DNA of 64,000 nucleotides. Source: Podarcis muralis. Lineage: Eukaryota. Both the position numbers and the translations under genes were made by a program. The number at the start of each line of letters is the position of its first letter. Position 1 is the first letter of the stretch. Positions 36,436-48,391 of the stretch are shown here, in pieces. The stretch spans positions 82,894,001 through 82,958,000 of the forward strand of contig NC_135655.1 of NCBI RefSeq assembly GCF_964188315.1, read 5' to 3'. The notes under the pieces are model-generated. The model was not told the origin of the DNA and ran no database searches. It was given only the letters and a program-made list of their open reading frames with translations.

Positions 36436-39186
36436 AGTGGTTCCAAGGTGGCAATAAAAAGAAGTGGGGAGAGAGGGCACCCCTGTCTTGTCCCCCTTTC
36501 GATGCCGAACTCTTTGGTGATCTCGTTATTTATTAGCAATTTTGCTTTTTGGTTATCATATATCACCCTAATTCCATTAATTATTTTCTCTCCTATGTAC
36601 AGACCTTTGAAAGTTTCCATTAGGAAATTGCATGATACTCTATCAAAAGCTTTTTCTGCATCAACCAATAACATGGCCATCTTTTTACTTGGTTTCATTT
36701 CCACATATTCCAACAAGTCAATTATTATTCTTGTATTGTCTTTTATATGTCTATCCGGTAAAAAGCCCGCCTGGTCTCTGCTGATTATTTTGTTTAGAGT
36801 CTTTTTTAATCTATTAGCCATCACCCCAGCATAGATTTTATAGTCTGTATTCAACAGGGAGATTGGTCTATAATTTTTCATGTCTGTCAACTCCACTCCC
36901 TGTTTCGGGATTAGAGTGATCAGTGCTTCTTTCCATGATTGTGGTATATCTTTCCCTCCCAGTATATTATTCATTATTCTTTGTAATATAGGGAGGATTA
37001 CTTCTTCCAGGTTCTTATAGTACATTAGTGTGATTCCGTCAAGACCTGGCGATTTGCCACTTCATTTTTTTTTATTATTTGTGCTATTTCATCTATTACT
37101 TTTAATAGCAATAAGAAAGGATAAAAATATAAGAGGAATTAACCTTGGAACTCGATACTACAAAATTAAAGCCTTTGCCGATGATGTAATCGTAACCACT
37201 GAAAACCCAGTGGAAAGTATCCAAAAAACGCTTGCACAACTGGAAGAATTTGGGAAGGTCTCTGGGTTCAAACTGAATAAAGGAAAATCCAAATTATTAA
37301 CGAAAAATTTGCGTTAAGTTGGAACAAGAGGAACTGGAAAATACAACAGGTAGCCAATAAGGTAAATTATTTGGGGGTTTGGATCACCAATAAGAATATA
37401 AACTTATATAAGGACAATTATGAGAAGAAGTGGAAGGAAATAAAAAAAGAATTAGAGACTTGGTGAAAATTGAATTTGTCCCTGTGGGGGAGAATATCCA
37501 CAGTTAAAATGATGGTATTGTCAAAGATTATTTTTATGTTCCAAACAATACCTATAATTAGAGGCATAAAGTGTTTTAAGGAATGGCAGAAAGACCTTGC
37601 CAAGTTTATTTGGCAAGGGGAAAAACCACGCATAAAATTTAAGCTACTAACAGAGTTGAAGGAAAAAGGAGGCTTTGCGGTCGCTGACCTTAAACTGTAC
37701 TTTGAGGCAGCGTGCTGGACATGGATTAAGGACTGGATATTAATTAAAAACACGGAAGTCCTAGATCTGGAGGGATGGGATATTGTGTACGGGTGGCATG
37801 GCTACATAGGCTATGACAAGGTTAAATCCCACAAAGGATTTTTAAATCATATTGTGAGAAGGGCATTATATAAAGTATGGGAGAGAAGTAAAAAATCAGT
37901 AGTAACCAAAACACCATGGTGGCTGTCACCAATGGAATCTATGTTGGTTCACAGGATAAATATGAACAGCGATTGACTAACATATAAGGATTTAGTAGAG
38001 GAAACAAGTAAAGGACCTAAGCAAATTGAAACAGAAGGGAATAACCCGGCTGGAGTACTATCAATTAAAAGCCACCCTTGAAAAGGATAAAAGAACCAAA
38101 GGATTTGACAAAAAAATATCCTATCTGGAGAAGGATATTTTATATAATAATCAAAAGATACTTTCTAAAATGTACAAACTACTTTTGAATTGGCAAAGAA
38201 AGGAGGGAGATATCAAAGAAATTACAGTAAAATGGGAGAGGGAGCTGGGACATACGACCAAACCCAATATTTGGAATGAATTATGGACTAAAAATATAAA
38301 ATTCACGGCTTGTTTCCTTATAAGGGAAAATCTTATGAAAATGTACTATAGGTGGTATCTGACCCCTGTAAAACTTGCAAAAATAAATAAATCAAACAAT
38401 AACAAGTGCTGGCGATGTAAGGAACAGATAGGAACATACTACCATATGTGGTGGTCCTGTCTAGAGATACAAAGTTTTTGGAACATGATTTATGAAGAGA
38501 TAAAGAGATTGATAAAAACTACATTTAGCAAGAAACCAGAAGAATTTTTACTAGGAATGGTTTCAGTTAATATTCCCAAAAACAAAACTAGGCTATTTAT
38601 GTATGCAACGTCAGCAGCAAGGGTTATAGTGGCAAAACACTGGAAAGATAAAAATACACCCACTAAAGAGGAATGGGTAGTCAAATTGTGCCAGTACTTG
38701 GAGCTCGAAAAACTGACAAATGCAATAAGAGATAAACCTAAAAAATTGGTAAAAGAAGAATGGGAATGTTTAAATAATTATTTAGGGGACAAGAGCTCAG
38801 CAAGAAAGACCTTTCTATGTTTAGAATGACACCGCATAGAGAAATGTTCCCTGATACCAAGATGAGGGATTCCTTTGGAATGCAGATAGAGATAATAGAT
38901 AAGAATAATGATCTGTTGTGAGCTTGATGGAAGTGTACAATAGATGAGCTTTCCTGCTTTGGCTCATCTTCCTTTTTCTTTTTCTTTTTCTTTTTCCCCC
39001 TATTTTTCTTTTTTCTTTTCTTTTATCTTTTCCATAGTTGCTTATGTTCTGTGTCATGTACTTCGATATTTTTTGTAGTTTTTAAAGTTTTTCCCCACCA
39101 TTACTATTAAGGAATTTTCCTTTGTAATTTTGGTTGTCTATATTTATATGTACCTGTTTAAAGCAAAATAAAAGTTTTTTTAAAAA
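36436..39186. mobile_element. L1 insertion with inverted 5' segment (twin priming)
   Basis: RT N-half on minus strand (KSPGLDG...YRPISLLNTDYKI...RQGCPLSPLLF, ~36436-37075) and RT C-half to ORF2 end on plus strand (FADD..., CWRC..GTYYHMWWSC, ~37095-38829). TSD aagaattaaggttaaa at 36420-36435 and 39187-39202; empty at ~22577 and ~54577. Several stops and frameshifts. Confidence 0.92.
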
Positions 39187-42100
39187 AAGAATTAAGGTTA
39201 AAGTTAGTCCTGGTGTATATTCAGTTAGTCTAAAACACATTTCTCCTTCTGTCTCTTTTAAGTCAATCTTAAGTGTTTTTTTAAGTCTCTTTGAGTCAAT
39301 CCGACTAATATTCTGTACCGCAGCATGTCAGGCAGAGCCCAACACTTTGGACACAAATATATCTTGTTTGGATGCCTTCACAATCTAAGCATACCTTTAG
39401 AGGCACCTTTAGGCAGGGCTCGTCATATTTATCTGTCCCACAGAGGTGCCCTGTTTCACCAAACACATACAATGCATTTGAGACAGACATATATCAGTGA
39501 TGCAAATGCTGGTTGAGTTGCCTGTCGCCCCCTGCCCAATACCACAGATATTATTATTTACTAAAGCACCACATCCATTTAATCATTCATTCACTTGCCT
39601 CACGTAAAGAGGGTAAATACCTTGTAAAGCATTGTAACATTACTAGGGATCTTTCATTCGGAGAATCAGCCGATTATTCTGTATCATCTGAATTACATCC
39701 CACTGGGCCTGCGGCTGCAACCCAAGAAACAATTTTGTGGAGTGAACCATTCAGTATTACATATACATAACACCACCATCCCTTGCTCCCCGAAGCAAAG
39801 CACACACAGTAGGTGGGTGTTCAGCTTTGGTTTCTCATTGCTAATCTGCTTTTACCAACAGGAAGACCACAACAGAGTAGCTGAAAGCATGGTGGAGCAT
39901 CAGTAGCTCATATAAGACTATGTTTAAGGTCTATCGTGAGCACTGAGCTGTTACACCTTCTTGCACCTGTGTTAAATACGGTAAATCCCTAATTTCAGGC
40001 TGTGTACACACACCAACATTTAAAGTATATTCACACATACCAAGAATCCTGGGAACTGTAGTTTACCCATTGCAAATTTTGCTCAATATAGAAGAATGCA
40101 TAGCTTTGCAAACTGCTGTGCATAAACAACAGTTTAAATTGCCAAATATGTTTTGTCCGGTTCTTCATCAGTGGCAAATACTGATAAATTAATGTAGAGT
40201 ACACAATGAACTGGTTCACACATAACTTTAAACCATAGTTATGGTTCCTAAGACTGGAAGCAGACCGGAGTAACAGCTTTCAGAGATAAGGAAGCTTCTC
40301 TTGGCTTCTTTCAAAATCAATTGGAAGGATGAGTTCAGGAGTCACAACTGGGAAGCGTTAACCCCCCCCCCACACACACACGTTAGCTACACCCTATTGA
40401 AAATTTCCTCCATGCTGCTAGGCTTCAAAAAAAGTGTCTATTGGTTGCAGTAGAAGGTGTGACGATTTTACAATCCTGTGCCAGGGTTTGGAATTTGTGT
40501 TTCAAACGTGAGTGCGGGTTCTGGGTCAAATTCTGGTTCATTTAAAAATCTTGGACTTAGGGGGACAGCCTGGAGCAGGAGTTCATTTCTACAGATAAAT
40601 GTAGTGACTGTTTCACCGAACAACACTTACATACAGGAGTCTTTTATTATTTTTATGTTTCCTTAGATTGGAAATTATTATTATTATTTACTGAATTTGT
40701 TAGTAACTTTATCTTACACAGGGCAACCCAAAGAAACTTACAAAGAAAAGAACAAGAGTGAGAACTGGTGCTTTAATAAAAAATTACACTGCATTTTTCC
40801 CCCATTCTCCATTAGTGATAAAACAAATTGCAGAGAAATCCTCATGGGTTGGATGCATTGTTTTTCTCTCCAATTGTTTTTTCCATTTAGTTTACTCTCT
40901 GTAGACCTTTCCTAATAAATATAAGAATTCTCTCATTATTCCCCTTTACCTCATTTTAAAAATTATCCCTCCAGAAATTGGAAGATCATAAAGATATCTA
41001 GTTTAATTATGCTTCACATAGAAACTAGAACATAAGAGCCCTCTGGATTGGTCAATCAAGTCCAGCATCCTGTTCTCATCATGGCCAACCAGATTATTTA
41101 TATACATTTACCAAACAAAATATCTAAGATAATTCATTCTATGTCAATATGTAAGTACAAGTCCATCCAATTTATCCACATATATTTCCTCACAAAATAT
41201 CTTAGATACATCCTACAGACATAAGAATGAATTATTTCTCCAAGACAAAAAGGCAGCCCAACATTGCGATTTGCTGGTCATTTCGCAATTGTTGGGTGTA
41301 GCCCCAATATTCTTCAAACCTGGTACAAGTACAGTTTTTTCCCCTGGCCTGCCCAAAGTTGATTTATTTAAAATTTGACATATTCTTAGAGTGTCAGTAT
41401 CAGATTTGCTTTCCAATACTTTATGGAAACAATTCTAGCTGCCAATTTTAGCTGATGGAAGAGAAATGTATTTTTATCAGAGAAGCAAATTGTTGGAAGT
41501 TTTGTAGCCATGGAGGGAAAACCAGCTTACTTCAATCCCAACCCCTACCAATACCCTCCCCAATGGTTCACTAATTGTAATTGACAACAGAACTATTTAA
41601 ATAATCCCTGTAGTTCTGTTAGACTTGTTACAGAATGATTAAACCAATGACTGAACCCTCTTCTGAGTCCAACCTTCATGCCAACGCACAAGCACGCTAA
41701 TAGTCAAGATCCGTTTTACGGATCATTTGAACAGCATGACAGGGACTGTCAGTAAATCATATATTGCTCAGGTGATCATTAACTGTTTACAGTGGACCCT
41801 CTGGTTACGAATTTAATTTGTTTTGGGGGTCCGTGCAGACCCCAAAGAATCCGTAACCAGAGGCGCCGCTTCTGCGGACGCAGAAAGCACGATAGAGCAT
41901 ATACACCCAGCATGCAGAGTGCTTCTGCGCATGCGCAAGCAGCAAAAACTGGAAGAATACACTTCCGAGTTTGCCGCTTTCGCAACCTGAAGATTACATA
42001 TTCAGAGCGGTATGTAACCGAAGGGTCTACTGTAGTTTAAGTTGCCATTCTTCTTTAGCTGGGACTTGGCTTGCTTTCCAAATCCTCCATTATTTCCTTC

Positions 42101-42678
42101 AACTCATCCTAATGAAAGAAGCTGCAGCAAACCCACCTCATTCTTATCCAGGAACACCGCCAATTCCTCTGCATCCGTGGGATCCAATTCCACAAGGCCT
42201 GTGGCTACAATCGCAAGGAACGATTATGTTAATGGTTCACTCACTCTAGTATAAATTCCCCCTCCTAATCATAGCAGTCCCTAAAGTTACCAAGCTGGAA
42301 AGAGGACTCCAACTGAAAAGGTCTGTGTTACTGTTTTGGACAGCAGGTGAGCAGTAGAAGAGAGCTTCTTGCCTGTAGTTCACAAGAGAAGGTTTTTGTT
42401 TATCAGAATTGAGCTGGAAGGAAGGTGAGGGCTTTCCTGTTATAGTTAGAAGCTCAGGGGGAGCTGTGCCATCTGACACTGGGGTGTAGACATAGGGGTT
42501 AAATAAGTAATAAAAATAATAATGCCCATCTGACTGGGTTGCCCCAGCCACTTCAATGACAAGAGACTTCTCAGTTTGGGGATTCTGGTGAGCAGCAAAG
42601 AACTGATCTCTCTCCCAGGTGCTTATCACAGGCATTGTTTCTGCTGGTACCAGCCCATCGGCTTTCACCTCCCAAGCT

Positions 42679-45600
42679 ATGTTGATCCTATCCTGTGCGT
42701 CCAAGTTGCAGTTGCTGGAGACGCTGCTGAAGAGAAACCTCCCTCAGACAGTTGCGGTAATCTTGATCTTTGTAATCTGGTTTAAGAGCTAGGAATGGGG
42801 ACAGGTTCCTGACAACATCTCTTGATCTTTCCAAAACTCTACATTTTGAAGCTGAGAACATCATTATATGTTACATTTTTAGGTGCATGCCTTAAGTTTC
42901 TAAGTTCAACAAGCAGGTGCTTGAAAATGTGTGTATCATGTTGATATGCTCAGCAGAGAGCTAGGATTCGTGAGAAATAGTGTAATATGTGACATGGCCT
43001 TGTGGGCTCCTAGATTTTGTTAATCAGCTGGTTAACAGGAAGTCCTCAGTCAAGGTAATACCATTCAAGGGCTAGTCACTAACAGTGGGATTCATGCAGC
43101 AGATCAAAATCTGAATTAGGGGCCACACCACCGATTCTCTCCTCAAACGTTTTTCTTAGGCTGCCTCATTCAGCTGTAACACCAAGGGAAATTGACAGAT
43201 TCTCCTGTCCGTTGTGCTTGCTCAGATCAGGACACCCCACTCAAGGCATGCAGCAGAAACAAGCCTGACACACCAGACCCCACACATTTCTCCCAGGCTG
43301 CCTCCTTCAACTGCAGCACCAACATCCTATGACTTTTGACAGGTCTATGGTGCAGTCGTGAATATAAACCGTGGGAACCCAGTAGGCCATGAGGTGATTG
43401 TGGATTCTTGGCCGGATTGCAAAGCGGTCCTGACTCGTCCACGGACAGAGGTAGTAGCCTTTGGGGATTTTGTGGGAGGTGCTTTGTGGGATGTCAGCAG
43501 GAAATGCTGCGTGTTCTGTGCTTGGACTTCCTCTAAGCCAGGCTCAAACCGAAGGGGATGTTGGCTTTTGTTTAGGAGGGCATCTTTGGCAGGGGTCATT
43601 CCACATCAAATCCACGCAAAAAACAAGGGTTTCATCACCCACTGTCTTGAATTTTGATGAAACTTGGTGTACACCCTTCCCTTATGGTTGAAACAAACCC
43701 CCTTAAATTTCCCCCCTCTATCTCAAATGGTTTTAACTTTATAGCACTTCAAAGTTTTGTGAAATCTGCGCTGTCTGTCCCTCTTGAGACCCTCGGCACA
43801 TGTACATTTCATTTTTTCTCCATAACCAATGATCAGATCAGTTTTTCTAGTGTTGAAGTGGTTTTGATCAATTGTGTTTGATCTGTGCAAATCCATTGTG
43901 AAAATTCAATGGGATTACTTCCTGATAGCCAATTTTCACAACTTCATATTCAAATATCCCCAAATTAAAACAAGTATGCACTTTACTTTTGGGGGGAAAC
44001 TTATAATAACCAATATTATGTTAATTTTTATGAGGAACACCTTTCTTTCATTAATTTTTCCTATTACAGCTATGGATTGTAGGAAAGTTGTACCCAGTAG
44101 CCATTTCCACCCCCCACGATGTCCAAAAAACGTAAAATTTTCATTACAAGGAATAAAAAACCCATTAATTTCATTCTTTGTTAAGAAAGAACATGTCTTT
44201 GCAATAATTTTCAACATCACAAACTTTGAGTTCCATCATGGCCACACGCTGAAAATTGAGGTTTTCTAAACCTGGTTTTTCCAGCAAAAAAAATACATTT
44301 ATAATTTTTTTTAGGCATTTATAAAATCTTTTGAGTGCTGGTGTGTTTTTTTCCTGAAATCATCATCCTCTTATTGAGCTCTGTGTAAGATTTCAAAGAG
44401 ATCTGATCATTGGTTATGGAGAAAAAAAATTAAGTGTACAGATCCTGAGGGTCTCAAGAGGGACAGACAATGCAGATTTCATGAAACTTTGAAGTACTAT
44501 AAAATCAAAACCATTTGAGATAGAGGGGGGAAATTTAAGGGGGTTTCTTTCAACCATAAGGGAAGGGTGTAACACCAAGTTTCATCAAAGTCCGAGCCAG
44601 TGGATGACATGACTGCATTGACATGACGTGGAATGACCCACAGGTGAAAGTTCACTCATCATTTCATCTCAACATCAGGAAAAGCTTTATCTGATAAAGT
44701 GTCAGGAGGCAGTTAAAAGCGCAGGAATTTTACCAGAATAAAGTTGGCAACCTGAGAAGAATTGGTTAGAGAAGGGCATGGCAGGGAGCCTATCCTAATG
44801 AGTTCCATCTCTCTCTCTTTTAGGCCGATACAGACAATACAGATTTGTATAAAAACATATATGCAGCCTTTTACTGGGATCTTGATGTGTACCGGAGACT
44901 GTTGCTGGACACAGATGCTGTCAACTGGAAGCAAAACTTTCGTCTCTATGGTAAAAGGCAGTTCTTTCTAAGGGAAAAGTTATGAGATGAGAGAGTCCCC
45001 CCCGCCCCTTTAAAACGACATTACTGTAATTAATGTACCGTAAACTGTGGTGACTGGTTCTCATTGGAACTGGTAGGGCAGAAGGCAGGGAGACCATAAT
45101 AGGCAGCATTTGCCTTCTACGAGAGGCAAAACTGAGACTAAGGAGGAAGCTGATAGAAGTGCCCCCCCCCCCCGATTGGATGAAAGTAAAAAGCAGGTGG
45201 GAGGAGGTGGCTGTGGGCAGATAGCGCTTGAAGAAGCAGGCCCCATTCACCCTGAAAGACCAGCCTCCACTGAATATAAAGTGCAGGACCAGCACAGCCA
45301 TCAGGCGGAGTGAGGCAGCGGATGCCCGAAGGTGGTACCCTCGCTTGCCCCAGTGCTGATTTCCAGTGAGATGTTGTCAAAATTGCACGAAATCTTGTGG
45401 AGTGAGATCTCACCCCCATCAGCATGCTCTCACCCAAATTCAGTATCAATACCTGTGCCTCTTCTCTGCCAGTGGATGGTGGTGGCAGTGGCAAAGTGAC
45501 ACTTCCGGTTTCACCTCAGATGGCAAAACGAGATGTGGTGCCCCTGATAAAGTGTCTCATACACTTAAGTGCTGTTGAGAAATGCAGTCAAAAAGCGGAA

Positions 45601-48391
45601 GCCCATTGAGAAGGAGGGAGGGACTCAAAAGGAACGTGAAGAGGATAGAGAAAGTAGTGGTTAAAGATTTGGGAAGAGGGAGGCATTTTCACCTGCTACT
45701 TCAACATTTGCAAGGAAAGAGCAATGTGAATATTGAGAGGCCATGATGGTTTCCGGAGGAAATGTGAAGCAAGAGAGTGAAAAGCTGGAACTGTGAAATC
45801 AAGGAGTACGTGGAGTTTTAGCCAGGAGGTGAAGAATATCAGTGAGTGGAAATGAGAGGAAGGCAAAGGAAGAAAAAAGAAAGAGCTAAAGAGTGAAAAT
45901 ACTTTATGTGATCACTTCAAAGAGATCCTTTAACGAAAAGGAAGTCACTGGAGTGTAACCAAAAGGAAATGTAGGTAAACCAAAACATGGGAGGAAACCA
46001 CACAGGCAGCTGAATTAAGAATAGAAGTCTGGGTGAACAGGACAACAGGCAAAATAGAAAGAAGAGAACTGCAATAGTCAAGCATAGAAAAAATAAGATA
46101 ATAAACTTGGGATAGCTCAGTCGGTAGAGCATGAAACTCTTAATCTCAGGGTCATAAGTTCAAAGCTCCACGTTGGGCAAAAGATCCCTGCACTGCAGGC
46201 AGTTGGACTAGATTACCTATGTGGTCCCTTCTAACTGTCTTTTCGCACCTTGGCTGTGAATTTTTAAATGGCAAATAAAAGGTAGCTAAGCAGTGTGGTA
46301 ACATTTGAATATATTTTTATTTGATTTCTAGGGCTATACCCTGGATTAGACTGAAGCCAACCCAATCCACAATTAACATGTGCTCATTATGGCTATTCCA
46401 ATCCCTTTTCATCATATCTATCCCACATACAGACTGCAGGATGGGGAAATGGTCAGTATTCCTTGCTCCTTGTTGTTCAGGACTGCAGAGGCAGAGAGGG
46501 TGTAACTACACCTTAGGCCCAAACTAGGCATGAGTGACATTCACACAAATCAGCAATGGCATCACATGGCAACACGAGAACGGGCCTTCTTTGTAGTGGC
46601 TCCCTGTCTATGGAATCCTCTCCCCAGGGAAGTTTGCCTGGCACCATCATGATACACCTTTAGGCACAAGGCAAAAACGTTCCTTTTTAACCAGGGCTTT
46701 AGTTGATCTTATTGACATCCAACACCCTTTCAGAATGTGTCTTTTTTTTTGGGGGGGGGGTTTACTGGGTTATTGCTTTTGGTTTGATTTTATATGTTGT
46801 GGTCTTGTTGTGAACTGCCCTGAGACCTCCGGGTACAGGGTGGTGTATAAGTTGAATTATTATTATTATGGCTTTTAAAATGTCAATATCAGGTGTCAAA
46901 TTGGAAGATGGGTAGTGCCATCAGGGGACTGCCATCGGAAAGGGGGAGGGAGGCAGGGGGATACAGGGAGCCTCCGGCGCTTCTAAGAAGCAGCTCCTCG
47001 TCTGGCAGTGGAGAAAGCCACACCTCCAGGGAAGCAGGGGGAAGGGAAGGCTCAAAGATGCTACGGGGAGCCCAAGCGCCTCAGCTAGCCCGGCCGGCCA
47101 GGAGGCAAACACGCTGCTTCCGTCGCCCTGCTTGCGCACAGGGGTGAAACGCAAGGAGGGGAGGCGGAGATTTGGGGTGTCTAAGTTCCTATGCTGGTGG
47201 AGAAACTGGAAGGGGCCACTCCCGGAATCTGCAAGTGACTAAGACGGACATGAACTTTGGAGTTTTGCACCGTAAATAGTTTGCACCAATAAAACCTGAA
47301 AAAGAAAGGTCGGAGTCTTGCCTGGTTACTCACGAGCTTCCACCTGCACATCTGACAGGTAGGGGGCTTTAACATTTTGCCCCCTACTGCGGGCCTGATG
47401 CACTGAACAACTTCTTGCCCTATCCTCAAAACACACACACAATTATCCTTCATTGTTGAATATTTTACTATTTTACAGGGAACCAGAATGGGATCTATGA
47501 CGTCTCTAAAGATGCTGCTGCCACCAAGAAAATACATCTGACTGCAACTCCCCACTTCACCTACCTGAACCCTAACCCAAATAAAATGCCTCAGCGCCAG
47601 TAAGTGTCCACCTTGCTCCCCCCTTTCTTCCTTTGTGCTTGAGGCACTGGTTAACCTGTGATGCTTCCAGTTGGAGAATCTCCAGAACCAAAATACTATG
47701 GTCAAACCTTGCATTCACTCTTTCCAAGTCTGCCTTCTCCTGGCTGGCACAGCAAAGCACCAAACGTGGCACTACAAGTTTCCTAAAGATGTTTTGTCTA
47801 TTAATGGCTATGTTGACACCATAAAGCAGCCCATATGTACAAAAGCAAACTGGTTTCCTGCTTGCAACTTACTCAGGTTGCTGGCCAGTGTTAACATGTG
47901 TTGGACTAGATGATCTGAGCCAAAAAGGTGGTTCCTGGGTTCTCCTAACATCTCTGTCTATAGTGTTCTTGCCTGTCATTTCTTCCAGGCTAGATCCCAG
48001 CTTCACAATTTCCACCTTGAAAAGCTCCCATGTTGACATCCTAAATGAAACATGGCCCCATGGAGGCAACGAACAAAGCCGACGGTTCCTGGACAACATG
48101 GTGAAGTGCTTCCCCAGTATCAGCATCCTGGACAGCAATGGTCATCCTATCAGCTGGAGCATCATGGATCCTCTTGGTGCACAAATACATGGCTACACCC
48201 TTCCATCCCACCGCCGAAGGGGCTACTTAGCTATAGTGATGAGGGCACTGTCCATGCAAATCCATGCGGCAGGGTGCCCTGTATATGGCCATACTGCCCT
48301 GAATAATGTCCAAACGCAGAATTTGCTGGACTATATGGGCTCCCAGAGATTATCTGAATTGTGTCATATCTGCATACATTCTTCAACTTAG
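42679..48391 (+). CDS. GLYATL3-like: Glycine N-acyltransferase-like 3-type protein G2b, 278 aa, intact
   Basis: Exons 42679-42756, 43343-43450, 44824-44950, 47479-47599, 47989-48391; open frame. Confidence 0.92.
43593..44639. mobile_element. Non-autonomous DNA transposon with GGG termini and ~190-bp subterminal inverted repeats (Sola2-like, tentative)
   Basis: TIR gggtcattccac(a/g)tca; near-TSD gcag/acag; inverted pair ~43655-43840 / ~44395-44590; absent from G2a and G3. Confidence 0.7.
46109..46236 (+). mobile_element. tRNA-Lys(CTT)-derived SINE with CR1-type tail
   Basis: ggatagctcagtcggtagagcatgaaactcttaatctcagggtc...ccacgttgggc followed by a CR1-like 3' end ggactagattacctatgtggtcccttctaact. 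Confidence 0.75.
46916..47357 (+). mobile_element. Solo LTR in G2b intron 3
   Basis: TG...CA termini, 5-bp TSD ggtag (46911-46915, 47358-47362), internal AATAAA; empty site near 28087 in G2a. Confidence 0.8.

Noticed and set aside
46109-46182. tRNA-Lys(CTT) gene
   Set aside because: Acceptor and T-stems are mutated and it runs directly into a CR1-type tail, so it is a SINE head, not a functional tRNA.
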